DNA from: Myxococcales bacterium
GTDB taxonomy: Bacteria > Myxococcota_A > Polyangia > Polyangiales > DASUME01
Length of the DNA stretch: 64,000 nucleotides
Direction of reading: 5' to 3'
Assembly (NCBI GenBank): GCA_047601445.1
Contig: JASGJH010000001.1
Location: 2,432,001-2,496,000, forward strand
A program made the translations under genes and the position numbers. Numbering within the stretch: the stretch's first letter is position 1; every line of letters starts with the position of its first letter. Shown here in pieces: positions 52,584 to 62,727 of the stretch. A model generated the notes under the pieces. That model made no database searches, had not been told where the DNA came from, and saw only the letters and a program-made list of their open reading frames with translations.

Positions 52584-53332
52584 GCTGCGTGGGGATGTTG
52601 GACTGGGGGATCGGCGGGATCGGGTGCTACCGGCTGCTCAAGCGCGAACTCCCGCGAGTGCCCGTGATCTACTGGTCGGACACGGGTGCGGTGCCCTACG
52701 GCAAGCTGCCGCGGCGGGAACTCACGCGGCGCGTGGAACGCGTGCTCGAAGCGCTCCGCCGGTTGGGCGCCTCACATTTGGTGGTCGCCTGCAACGCGGC
52801 GTCCACCGTGTTGGATGCGATCGCCTCGCCGCTCCCCACCGTGGGCGTGATCGAGGTCGCGCAGTTCGCGGTGCCGAGCGACCTGCGCGGGACGTTGGCC
52901 GTGATCGGGGGCGGACGTACGGTGCGCTCGGGACTGCACCGACGATCGTTGGCGCGCCGTGGCCTGCGCGTGGTGTCGCGCGTGGCGCAGCCGCTCTCGG
53001 GGCACATCGAGGGCGGTCGCGTGGGGAGCGCCGCATATCGGGCCGATCTGGCGCGCATCATGGCGCCGATCACACAGGCCGACGCCGTGCTCCTGGCATG
53101 CACGCACTACCCGGCGATCGCTGAGGACATTCAGGCCGAGCTCGCGCGCGACGTGCCCCTGCTCGATCCCGCCCAGGCCTTGATCGCGCAGGCGGTGGAG
53201 CGTTTTGGGCTCCAGTCGCAGCGCGGGGCCGATCGCTTCGTGACCACGGGCGCGCCGCGCGAGATGCGAGCGGCGGCCCGACGCGCCTGGGGCGTTACTC
53301 TGCCGCGTTGTGAGCGAGTAGCGCTGCGCTAG
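52580..53332 (+). CDS. murI: Glutamate racemase-like (Asp/Glu racemase family)
   Basis: DWGIGG, D....PYG, ACNAAS, LACTHYP (both catalytic Cys); 4-nt overlap. Confidence 0.8.
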   Translation: MSCVGMLDWGIGGIGCYRLLKRELPRVPVIYWSDTGAVPYGKLPRRELTRRVERVLEALRRLGASHLVVACNAASTVLDAIASPLPTVGVIEVAQFAVPSDLRGTLAVIGGGRTVRSGLHRRSLARRGLRVVSRVAQPLSGHIEGGRVGSAAYRADLARIMAPITQADAVLLACTHYPAIAEDIQAELARDVPLLDPAQALIAQAVERFGLQSQRGADRFVTTGAPREMRAAARRAWGVTLPRCERVALR

Positions 53333-55043
53333 CCGTGCTGGCTGCGGGCGCGAACGCGGGCGGACTCGCCTTGGCGACCGTGGGCGTGGTGACCTCCTCC
53401 AGGTGATGCGCGCCGGCCTTGCATACGTAGGCCTTGTACAGGCTCTCGCCGGGCATGTTGGGCATCTTGATGGTGTTGACGAAGTACCACTCCGCCTGCA
53501 CCTGCGCGGGCGTCACGTCGACCAGCACATAGCCCTTGCGGGTGACCTCCGAGAACTTCACCTGCGGATTGGCGTCGCTCACGAGCGTCGGAACGATGTC
53601 GGCTGTCGGATCGCCCTCCAGGGCCAGCGACGTGATGGAGGGGCCCACGAGCTCCACGCCGAACCCACCCATGCCGGTCGCCGGGTCGTATTTGGCGGGA
53701 TCCCAGGGATCCTGCGCCAAATCGATGGCCCACGAGGTGTGGATGTCACCCGTCATGAAGACCATGTTGTCGATGCCGTCGTCGACGATTTGCTGGAAGA
53801 TGCGCGTGCGCTCGGCGCGATAGCCCTCCCAGAAGTCCGCGAAGGTGGCGGCGCGCATGAGCGGGTCGTGGACCGGCGAGATGATCACCTGGTTGCCGAT
53901 CAGGCGCCAGATGGTGTTGCGCGCCCGTGAGTCCTTGAGCTGCGCGATGAACCACTGCTCCTGTTCGTCGCCGAGGATGGTGCGCGACGGATCGTCCCAC
54001 TCGGGCGGATCCTGGCCGGGCACGCTGGAGACCTCGACCTGCTGACTGCGGGCGAGCTGACGGGTGTCGAGCATGATCAGATCGAACAGGCCTCCGAACT
54101 CGAAGGAGCGATAAATCTTGTCGATGGTGGTGCCCTTCATGGAGCGCGTGGGGACCCACTCGAGGTAGGCCTGTGTGCCCGCCTCTTGACGCGTGGGCCA
54201 GTCCCCCTCGGTGGCGGGCATGTGATTTTCGGCGCCGCCCATCCAGGCGTTGTTGGCGGTCTCGTGGTCGTCCCAGACCGAGATGATCGGGATCTGCCGG
54301 TGGATCTCCTGCAGGTCCTTGTCGGTACGATACTGGGCGTGCCGCGTGCGGTAGTCCTCGAGTGTGATGCACTCCTTGGTGGGCACGTAGGCGCGGTCGG
54401 TGAGCGATGGGTCGCCGTAGCTGTTGTCGGGCTCCGCCTTGGCGTCGGCGTACTCGTAGATGTAGTCGCCCAGGTGAACCCAGACGTCGATATCCTGGCG
54501 GTTGGCGATGGCGCGATAGGCGTTGAAGTAGCCGTTGTTGAAGTTGGCGCAGGAGGTGAACACGATGCGCAGATGGTCGATGCCGGCGGCCGGCAGCGTG
54601 CGCGTGCGGCCGGTGACCGAACGTCCGTCGGCAACTCCGAACGCGTAGTAATAAGTGGTGCCGGGCTGCAGCTTGTCGGCGTCCACTTTGACCGTGTAGT
54701 CGGTCAACGCGTCGGTCATGGCGGTGCCCTTGTTCACCACCTGAGTCAACTCCGGATCGCTGGTGATCACCCAGCTGACTTCGACGGCATCTTCGCCTTC
54801 CATGCTGACGCGCGTCCAGAGCAGTACTCGGTCGCTCAACGGATCCGCGCTCGCCACGCCGTGCGCGAAGGTTTGCGTGTCGACCGCCGCCGAAGCGAGC
54901 ATGGAGCCATCGATGGGCATCCCGTCGCCGTGGTCGCCTCCGCCATCGCCGCCGTTGCTGTCCGCGCAACCGCTGCCGATCAAGCTGCTGACCGCTCCCG
55001 CTCCGACACTGCCGATGATGAATTTGCGACGACCGAATGTCAT
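53295..55043 (-). CDS. phoD: Alkaline phosphatase D, Tat-exported (lipo)protein
   Basis: GRRKF Tat motif plus GSGC; FAHGVASADP, LWTR, HLGDYIYE, WDDHE, LDTR, TGDIH. Confidence 0.93.
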   Translation of the reverse strand: MTFGRRKFIIGSVGAGAVSSLIGSGCADSNGGDGGGDHGDGMPIDGSMLASAAVDTQTFAHGVASADPLSDRVLLWTRVSMEGEDAVEVSWVITSDPELTQVVNKGTAMTDALTDYTVKVDADKLQPGTTYYYAFGVADGRSVTGRTRTLPAAGIDHLRIVFTSCANFNNGYFNAYRAIANRQDIDVWVHLGDYIYEYADAKAEPDNSYGDPSLTDRAYVPTKECITLEDYRTRHAQYRTDKDLQEIHRQIPIISVWDDHETANNAWMGGAENHMPATEGDWPTRQEAGTQAYLEWVPTRSMKGTTIDKIYRSFEFGGLFDLIMLDTRQLARSQQVEVSSVPGQDPPEWDDPSRTILGDEQEQWFIAQLKDSRARNTIWRLIGNQVIISPVHDPLMRAATFADFWEGYRAERTRIFQQIVDDGIDNMVFMTGDIHTSWAIDLAQDPWDPAKYDPATGMGGFGVELVGPSITSLALEGDPTADIVPTLVSDANPQVKFSEVTRKGYVLVDVTPAQVQAEWYFVNTIKMPNMPGESLYKAYVCKAGAHHLEEVTTPTVAKASPPAFAPAASTASAALLAHNAAE

Positions 55044-55204
55044 TGGATGGTTCCCCCAAGGTCCATGCGCGCCTGGCGCACGCGAAAGGACGCCCATCAT
55101 GCACCAGTCCGGCGATGGGGAAAGCAACGATTTGGCGCGCAAAGCGGGCCGGGAAGCACGGACCACATTGCCAAAACGTGCCTAGCGGCTAACACGAACC
55201 GGCC

Positions 55205-58200
55205 GTGCCCCCAGCGTTTCCCAGGGATCCGTTCGTCCTCGAAGCGGGACTCGTGCGTGCCAACAGCAGCGTGCCCCAGGCCGCCGCCCGCTTTCGCACA
55301 GCCGAGCGGCTGGACCTCTCGGGCTTGCCCGGCGGGGGCTTGGCGTTTCTGCTCACGGAGGCCGCCAGGGCGTCCGCGCCGCCCATGCTGGTGATTACGG
55401 CCGATCAGGACAGCGCCTTCGCCACTGCCCAGGACCTGCGGTTTTTTGGGGTGGCAGGCCGGGGAGGCGATGACGCGCTGCCGGTACTGCGCTTCCCAGG
55501 CATGGACACTTCACCCTTCCTGCAGGTGGCCTCGGACCGCAAGTCGGCGATGGAGCGCGTCGCCGCGCTCTGCCACTTGGCCCACGGGCTGCCCTGGCAG
55601 TTCCTGGTGGCCCCGGTGGGCGCGCTACTGCGGCGCGTGGCCCCCCAGGACGCGCTGCGCAGCCGGGCCAAGCGCATCCAGGTCGCCGACCTGGTGGACC
55701 GTGAAGAGCTGGTATCGCTGCTGAGCGAGTGCGGCTACTTGCGCGTACCGGTGGTGGAGGATCCAGGCAGCTTCGCTGTGCGCGGTGGACTCGTCGACGT
55801 ATTCCCGCCCCACGCCGACGCGCCTGCGCGCCTCGAGCTGGATGACGAGCTCGTGGTCTCCATCAAGCGCTTCGATCCGGATTCACAACGGACCCTGGAC
55901 GCGGTGGATCACCTCTTCGTGCACCCGGCCCGGCAGACGTTGAGCGACGCCGGCACCAAGAAGCGCGTGCGCGAGCGTGTCAGCGATTTGTGCGACGCCG
56001 AGAATCTGCCCTCGCGCAAGCGCAACGAGCTCCTGGACGAGCTCGAGACGGGACGAGCGAGCCTCGGCGTGGACGCGCTGCTGCCGGCCTTCTACGACCA
56101 TCTGGAGACCCTGTTCGACTATCTGCCCAAGGACCTGCGCTGCGTGATCGTGGACCCCACCGCGGTGACCCAGGCCGCGAGCGAAGAGCTCGACCGGGCG
56201 CACAAAGACCGCGCGGCGCGCGTGGAGAACACGCCGGCCTATGCCGTGAAGCAGCTGTATCTCTCGGTGCACGAGCTGCGCGAATGTCTCGAGCGTCACC
56301 CGGTGGCCTCGGTACACGAACTGGCGGTGGCGGGCGCACCGGAGGATGAGGAGTCGCCGCTCTCGGTATTCGAGGCCGAGGATCCGGAGCACGTGGTGGC
56401 CCTGGGCGGCGATTCCCACGAGGGACTGCTGAACCAGCTGAAACAACAGCGCAAGGAGGGCGGCAATCTCGACGCGCTGTCACCGTTCGCGGCGCGCCTC
56501 GGGAGCTGGCTCGAGAGTGGTCTGCGGGTGCTGGTCACCGCGCGCACGCGGACCCAGGCCGACCGCATGGTGGGGTTGCTGAAGAGCTACGGATTGCCGG
56601 TGGACACGCGCACCGAAGCGTTCGCGCCAGAGCGCCTGAGCGGCCCCATCAGCGGGCGCGCGGAAGTGGTGCTGGGCGAGCTGTCGCGGGGCTTCGTGCT
56701 GGCCACCGCTGGTCTCGCGTGCATCACCGAGACCGAGGTCTTCGGCGCAAAGCAGACGCGTAGCGCGCAGCGCAAGACGCGCCGGGCCAAGACCGAGGCC
56801 TTCCTCGACGACCTGAGCGCACTCTCGGTGGGCGACTTCATCGTCCACGTGGAGCACGGTATCGGACGCTACCTAGGGCTCGAAAAGAAGCAGATGCCAC
56901 TGTCGCGCCACGAAGAGCTGCTCGGCATGAAGGCCGTGAGCGTCGAGGTGTTGGTGGTGGAGTACCTGGGCGGGAAGCTCTACCTCCCGGTCACGCGGCT
57001 CAACCAGATCCAGAAGTACGCTAGCGCCGAGGGCAAGGCGCCCAAGCTCGACAAGCTCGGCGGTCAGACCTTCTCCAAGACCAAGGCGCGCGTCCGCGAC
57101 GAGGTCAAGAAGCTGGCTGACGACCTGCTCAAGGTCTACGCACAGCGCGCGGCGATGACACGCCCCCCTTTGCCGGCCGTGGATCGCACCTACGCCGAGT
57201 TCGAGGCCAGCTTCCCCTACGACGAGACGCCCGATCAGACACGGGCCATCGAAGACGTCTTGTCGGATCTCGAGTCGCCACGCGCGATGGATCGCGTGGT
57301 GTGCGGCGACGTCGGCTTCGGCAAGACCGAGGTGGCCATGCGCGCGGCCTTCCGCGTGGCGATGACCGGACGTCAGGTGGCCATCCTGTGTCCGACCACG
57401 GTGCTCGCGCAGCAGCACACCAATACCTTTCGCGAGCGCATGGCCGGCTATCCGCTGCGTATCGGTCAGTTGTCCCGCTTCGTGACCAAGGAGGAACAGG
57501 CGGCGACGTTGGCGGCATTGAAGGACGGCCAAATCGACATCGTGATCGGCACCCACCGCGTGCTGTCGAAGGACGTGCACTTCAAGCAGCTCGGGCTCCT
57601 GGTGGTCGACGAAGAACAGCGCTTCGGCGTGACCCACAAGGAGCGCATCAAGGTGCTGCGTGCCCAGGTGGACGTGCTCACGTTGAGCGCTACCCCCATC
57701 CCGCGCACGCTGCAGATGGCGGTCTCGGGGCTGCGCGACCTCTCGCTGATCACCACCGCGCCGCTCGACCGGCGCGCAGTGCGCACCTTCGTGACGCGCT
57801 GGGAGCCGCACGTGCTGCGTGAGGCGGTGAAGCGGGAGCTCGCGCGCGGTGGCCAGGCCTTCGTGGTTCACAATCGCATCGAGTCGCTGGCCGAGCGCGG
57901 CGCGCGCATCCAGGAGTTGGTGCCCGAGGCGCGCGTGGTGATGGCGCACGGGCAGATGAACGAGGCCACCCTGGAGAAGGTGATGGCTGACTTCGTCGAC
58001 GGTCGCTACGACGTGCTGTGCTCCACGGCGATCATCGAAAGCGGCCTCGATATCCCGCGCGCCAACACCATGATCATCGACCGCGCGGACACCTACGGGC
58101 TGGCCCAGCTCTATCAGTTGCGCGGCCGCGTGGGCCGCTCGCGCGAGCGCGCCTACTGCTACCTGGTCGCGCCGCCTCCCAACGCCATGAGCGAGGAGGC

Positions 58201-58858
58201 CCGCATGCGCATCGCGGCGCTCGAGCGCTTCACGGAACTCGGCTCTGGCTTCAAGGTTGCATCGCTCGATCTCGAGCTACGCGGCTCGGGCGACGTGCTG
58301 GGCGCCGAACAGAGCGGCACGGTGAGCGCCGTGGGCTTCGACCTGTTCTTGAAGATGCTCGAGGAGGCGGTCTCGGAGCTGCGCGGTGACGTGGTGGCCC
58401 ACGAGGTGGACACCGAGCTCAACCTCGACAGCCCGCTGCTCTTGCCCGACGAGTACATCGAGGACATCGGCGTGCGGCTCTCGTTCTACAAGCGCTTTGC
58501 GGGGGCGGACAGCGGAGCTCACGTGGAGGAGATCGCCGAGGAGATGGAGGACCGCTTCGGACCAGCGCCCGACGCGGCACGTACCTTCGTGCGCGCCATG
58601 GGTGTGAAGCCTGAGCTGCGCCAGCTCCGGGTGCTCGGCTGCGAGGCCAGCAAGACGCGCGTCACCCTGCACCTTTCCAATGACGCCCCGCTCGACGTGG
58701 CCCGTCTGGTGGTCCTGGTCGCAGAATCCAAGGGACGCCTCAAGCTCACGCCCGACCGCAAGCTGAGCGCCCGCTTCGAGGACACCCCCGGAAGCGACGC
58801 AATTGGCCACATTCAGTCGCTCCTGCGCGAGCTCGGGCCAGCGGTCCTGCGCAGCTGA
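55205..58858 (+). CDS. mfd: Transcription-repair coupling factor
   Basis: FAVRGGLVDVF, VHVEHGIG, CGDVGFGKTEVA, DEEQRFG, SATPIPRTL, QLRGRVGR, DLELRG, TRCF C-terminus. Confidence 0.97.
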   Translation: MPPAFPRDPFVLEAGLVRANSSVPQAAARFRTAERLDLSGLPGGGLAFLLTEAARASAPPMLVITADQDSAFATAQDLRFFGVAGRGGDDALPVLRFPGMDTSPFLQVASDRKSAMERVAALCHLAHGLPWQFLVAPVGALLRRVAPQDALRSRAKRIQVADLVDREELVSLLSECGYLRVPVVEDPGSFAVRGGLVDVFPPHADAPARLELDDELVVSIKRFDPDSQRTLDAVDHLFVHPARQTLSDAGTKKRVRERVSDLCDAENLPSRKRNELLDELETGRASLGVDALLPAFYDHLETLFDYLPKDLRCVIVDPTAVTQAASEELDRAHKDRAARVENTPAYAVKQLYLSVHELRECLERHPVASVHELAVAGAPEDEESPLSVFEAEDPEHVVALGGDSHEGLLNQLKQQRKEGGNLDALSPFAARLGSWLESGLRVLVTARTRTQADRMVGLLKSYGLPVDTRTEAFAPERLSGPISGRAEVVLGELSRGFVLATAGLACITETEVFGAKQTRSAQRKTRRAKTEAFLDDLSALSVGDFIVHVEHGIGRYLGLEKKQMPLSRHEELLGMKAVSVEVLVVEYLGGKLYLPVTRLNQIQKYASAEGKAPKLDKLGGQTFSKTKARVRDEVKKLADDLLKVYAQRAAMTRPPLPAVDRTYAEFEASFPYDETPDQTRAIEDVLSDLESPRAMDRVVCGDVGFGKTEVAMRAAFRVAMTGRQVAILCPTTVLAQQHTNTFRERMAGYPLRIGQLSRFVTKEEQAATLAALKDGQIDIVIGTHRVLSKDVHFKQLGLLVVDEEQRFGVTHKERIKVLRAQVDVLTLSATPIPRTLQMAVSGLRDLSLITTAPLDRRAVRTFVTRWEPHVLREAVKRELARGGQAFVVHNRIESLAERGARIQELVPEARVVMAHGQMNEATLEKVMADFVDGRYDVLCSTAIIESGLDIPRANTMIIDRADTYGLAQLYQLRGRVGRSRERAYCYLVAPPPNAMSEEARMRIAALERFTELGSGFKVASLDLELRGSGDVLGAEQSGTVSAVGFDLFLKMLEEAVSELRGDVVAHEVDTELNLDSPLLLPDEYIEDIGVRLSFYKRFAGADSGAHVEEIAEEMEDRFGPAPDAARTFVRAMGVKPELRQLRVLGCEASKTRVTLHLSNDAPLDVARLVVLVAESKGRLKLTPDRKLSARFEDTPGSDAIGHIQSLLRELGPAVLRS

Positions 58859-58957
58859 GCCGGACGCCCCCGAAAAGCCGCACGATTTCTGGGGATACCG
58901 GCGTAAGATGACGGCCGTGCGCCATGTTCGGCGCCTCACGTCTTGGCTTGACCCACC

Positions 58958-59959
58958 ATGAAAACGACCGAGTCCAGCGCTTCCACAAGCAGCCCCAAAG
59001 TCCCCGGCACGGCGCTCGCGCCCCTGCGCAACATCCCCGACGACCTGGCGCTCTTTCCGCCCGGCACCACGGTGCATGAGGACAAACTGCGCTGCGGCAT
59101 CACGATGCGCTGGTACGAGCGCGGCCCCAAGGATGCGCCCACCGCCATCCTGCTCCACGGCTATCCGGAGATCGGCGCCAGCTGGAAGCACCAGGTGCGC
59201 GCGCTCTCGGATCGCTATCGCGTCGTGGCCCCGGACATGCGCGGCTGCGGCGCCAGCGAAGGGCCGTTTTGGTTTTGGCACTACACGCTGGGACGCCTGG
59301 CCACGGACACCATCGACTTGATGGAAGTCCTCGGCGTGAAGAAGGTTCACCTGGTCGGCCACGATTGGGGCGCAGCGGTGGCCTGGGAGTCGGCGGCGCG
59401 CTTTCCCGAGAGCTTCACCAGCCTATCCATCATCAACTGTCCGCCCCTGCCCTTCCTGTACCGCAACACGCACCTGCAGGCCGTGCGCTCGTCCTATTCG
59501 CTGCGCTTCATGGTGCCGTTCTGGTGGAACGAGCACTGCAAGCGCAACGCGTACAAGATCCTCGAAGGCACCTTCCACGTGGACGAGGAGCACAAGCGCA
59601 TGTTCACGCCGGAGGTCATCCAGCACTACGCGGCCCACGGCACGCGCGCTGGGGTGCCGCACATGAACTACTATCGCGCCGGCATCCTCTTGCCGCCGCT
59701 CAGGTTGCGGCGCGTGGAGGTGCCCACGCGGCTGATCTGGGGCTTGAGCGATCCCTGGATGAACCCCTTCTTCGGGCAGCCCGAGAACTACCTGCACTTC
59801 GTGAGCGCCATCGAGGCCGTACACCTCGACGGCATCAGCCACTTCGCGCAGCAGCAGTCGCCGGACGCCGTGAGCGAGGCCATGCGCGAGCACTGGCAGC
59901 AGACCGAGGCCGGCAAGCCGGTCCAGCACGGCAAAGTCGTGCGGGTGGTCAAGCGTTAG
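58958..59959 (+). CDS. Alpha/beta hydrolase, epoxide-hydrolase-like
   Basis: LHGYPE, PDMRG, GHDWG nucleophile Asp, NYYRA, catalytic His in ISHF. Confidence 0.88.
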   Translation: MKTTESSASTSSPKVPGTALAPLRNIPDDLALFPPGTTVHEDKLRCGITMRWYERGPKDAPTAILLHGYPEIGASWKHQVRALSDRYRVVAPDMRGCGASEGPFWFWHYTLGRLATDTIDLMEVLGVKKVHLVGHDWGAAVAWESAARFPESFTSLSIINCPPLPFLYRNTHLQAVRSSYSLRFMVPFWWNEHCKRNAYKILEGTFHVDEEHKRMFTPEVIQHYAAHGTRAGVPHMNYYRAGILLPPLRLRRVEVPTRLIWGLSDPWMNPFFGQPENYLHFVSAIEAVHLDGISHFAQQQSPDAVSEAMREHWQQTEAGKPVQHGKVVRVVKR

Positions 59960-60034
59960 ACAAGCGCGACGCCTCCACTCCACGAACGTGGAACGGAGGC
60001 GCAGCTCAGGCTTGCTTGGCGTTCCTGGATCGGA

Positions 60035-60763
60035 TCAGCTGCCACCATCGCCCGCGCCGGCATCACCGCCGCTGACCGCCTCGCCCGTGGCGGGATTGCA
60101 CACGGCCTTGGCCTTCACCTGCTCGAGGCCCGCAGCGCCGGCATCGCCAGCAGTGAACGCGTTCTTGAAGTCGTCGAGAGGCAAGCAACCGAAGTTGACC
60201 GCGGCGCCCAGGATCGTGTCGGCCGCGAAGCCGCACTCGCCCTTGCCGGCCGAGACCTCACGACAGCAGCCGTTGAAGCTGATGGTCTGGGTGGCGACCT
60301 TCACGGTGAAGCCGTTGGTGGCGGTGCCCGCGGCCTCCGGTGCGTCGAGCTGCTCCCAGAAGCCGGTGCAGAAGTTCGACACCTTGTGGTCGGCAGGCGC
60401 GTAGGGCTGGTTGCGCTCGAGGCAGCCAGGCGGGAACAGGCCCTGCGTCAGCGCGCTCACCGTGGTCATGTCGAGACCACACGCGTCGCCGGGATCGCTG
60501 CAGCACGCCGCGAGCTTGGCGGCGCCGCCGAGCACGTCGACGCCCTCGCAGGCCACCTTGGGCTCGCCGCACATGACGGCAGCCGTGCCGGAGTCGAGGG
60601 GCGTACCGCTGTCACCGTCGCCGCCGCCGCCGGCATCACCATCCCCGTCGCCATCGCCCGACGGGTTGTTGTTGTCGTTGTTGTCGCTGCCGCACGCATA
60701 GACGGCCAGAGCTGCGAGTGCGACGGCACTCACGAGTCCCACGCGCTGAAACTTTGCCAACAT
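60035..60763 (-). CDS. Cys-rich lipoprotein
   Basis: Lipobox VYAC, NNDNNN/GDGDGD linker, 12 further Cys. Confidence 0.75.
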   Translation of the reverse strand: MLAKFQRVGLVSAVALAALAVYACGSDNNDNNNPSGDGDGDGDAGGGGDGDSGTPLDSGTAAVMCGEPKVACEGVDVLGGAAKLAACCSDPGDACGLDMTTVSALTQGLFPPGCLERNQPYAPADHKVSNFCTGFWEQLDAPEAAGTATNGFTVKVATQTISFNGCCREVSAGKGECGFAADTILGAAVNFGCLPLDDFKNAFTAGDAGAAGLEQVKAKAVCNPATGEAVSGGDAGAGDGGS

Positions 60764-61089
60764 TTCTTCCACCTCTTCCGGCTCGCAACAGCGGCCGATT
60801 CAGAGCGTATTCCATCAGCAATTACGCGTATTTGTGCGACATGGAGCGAGCTCGTTCGAAAGCCATCCAAGCACGTGACGGAGCTTTCTGATCCGCGAAT
60901 TCCCGGCGCTCGGACGCAACGACCGTTGCGTAAGCTGGTTTATCCCAGCGATTTTGCAGGCAGCGCCCAGTAGCGCGCGGTCAGTGCCCTGCCGCGTCGA
61001 TCCGAGGTATGGTCCGCAGCGCTCTTTTTTTTCGAGAGCCGAATTTTTTTTAGCCGTCTGACCTGCTTCGACATGAGGAACAACGACCC

Positions 61090-62715
61090 ATGCAGCAATC
61101 CAAAGTTCACGCCGTGAATCCCAACAGCGGCAAGTCCCAGCACAGCGCGGGCGAGACGGTCAGCCACGATCCCGCCACGCTCGAGGAGATCGGTCGCGTC
61201 GCCAATACCGATCTCGAATCGATGCCCGAAATCTTCGCGCGCGCTCGCGCGGCCCAGAAGCGTTGGGCGGCCCTGTCGTTCGCCGAGCGCAAGACGCACG
61301 TCCTGCGGATGCGCGACTACGTGGTGGACCACGCGGAAGATCTCGCCGCCATCGTGAGCCGCGACAACGGCAAGACCCGCACCGACGCCCTGACCACCGA
61401 GGTCATCCCCTCGGCGCTGGCGGCTGACTGGTACGCCAACAACGCGGCCGAGCTCCTGGCCCCCAAGAAACTCCCGATGGGGTCCATCCTGTTTGCGAAC
61501 AAGCGCAACGAGCTGCATCGCGTACCGCTCGGCGTGGTGGGCATCATCAGCCCGTGGAACTATCCGCTCTCCATTCCCTTCGGCGAGGTCGTGATGGGGT
61601 TGATGGCGGGTAACGCCATCCTCCTCAAGGTCGCGGCGGCGACCATCATGGTGGGCGAGGCCATCGAGCGCATCGTGGCCGCAGGCGAGCTGCCGAGCGG
61701 GCTGTTCCAGCACGTGGTGGGCTCCGGCTCCCGCGTCTCGCGCGCGTTCTTCGAGAACGGCATCAACAAGATCTTCTTCACCGGCTCGGTGCCCACGGGC
61801 AAGCAGCTGATGGCCGAGGCCGCCAAGACCTTGACCCCCGTGTCGCTCGAGCTGGGTGGCAAGGATCCGATGATCGTGCTGGCCGACGCGGACCTCGAGC
61901 GCGCCGCCAACGGTGCCTGCTGGGCCGGCTACCAGAACGCGGGCCAGAGCTGCGGCGGCGTCGAGCGCGTCTACGTGCATGAGTCCGTGTACCCGCAATT
62001 CGTGGAGCTGATGGTCCAGAAGACCAAGGCCATGCGCCACGGCGCCGACCGCGACTTCAACGTGGACATGGGTTCGATGACCACCGAGGAGCAACTCAAG
62101 ACCGTCGACCGTCAGGTGAAGGCGGCCGTGGCTGGCGGCGCGCGCATCCTCGCGCAGTCCAAGCCCGTGAATCCGTCCGACAAGGGCTACTTCTACCCGG
62201 CGACGCTGATGGTCGACGTGGATCACTCCATGGAATTGATGCGCGAAGAGACCTTCGGACCCGTGGTGCCCGTGATGAAGTTCTCGACCATCGAGGAGGC
62301 CATCGCGCTCGCCAACGACTCGAGCATGGCGCTCACCTCGTCGGTGTGGACCAAGGACACCGCACTGGGGCGACGCATCGCCCTGCAGCTCGAGTCGGGG
62401 GCGACCACCGTGAACGACCACCTCTACACGCACGGCCAGAGCGAGACGCCCTGGGGCGGCTGGAAGGAGTCGGGTCTCGGTCGCACGCACTCGGTGATCG
62501 GCCTCGAGGAAATGACGCAGCCGAAGCTGGTGAACTGGGACATGGTGTCGCCCAAGCGCAACATCTGGTGGTACCCATTCGACCGCGACACCTACGAGGG
62601 CATGTTCGCGGCTTTGAAGGCCAACTACCCGAAGTCCCCGGCCGAGCTGAGCCAGAGCATGGCGGCGCTCTCCAAGCTCGCGCTGAAGAAGATGTTCACC
62701 GCCTGGAAGCCCTGA
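61090..62715 (+). CDS. Aldehyde dehydrogenase
   Basis: PWNYP, FTGS, LELGGKDP, GQSC, EETFGP, WGGWKESG. Confidence 0.95.
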   Translation: MQQSKVHAVNPNSGKSQHSAGETVSHDPATLEEIGRVANTDLESMPEIFARARAAQKRWAALSFAERKTHVLRMRDYVVDHAEDLAAIVSRDNGKTRTDALTTEVIPSALAADWYANNAAELLAPKKLPMGSILFANKRNELHRVPLGVVGIISPWNYPLSIPFGEVVMGLMAGNAILLKVAAATIMVGEAIERIVAAGELPSGLFQHVVGSGSRVSRAFFENGINKIFFTGSVPTGKQLMAEAAKTLTPVSLELGGKDPMIVLADADLERAANGACWAGYQNAGQSCGGVERVYVHESVYPQFVELMVQKTKAMRHGADRDFNVDMGSMTTEEQLKTVDRQVKAAVAGGARILAQSKPVNPSDKGYFYPATLMVDVDHSMELMREETFGPVVPVMKFSTIEEAIALANDSSMALTSSVWTKDTALGRRIALQLESGATTVNDHLYTHGQSETPWGGWKESGLGRTHSVIGLEEMTQPKLVNWDMVSPKRNIWWYPFDRDTYEGMFAALKANYPKSPAELSQSMAALSKLALKKMFTAWKP

Positions 62716-62727
62716 GCTCTCGCCAGC

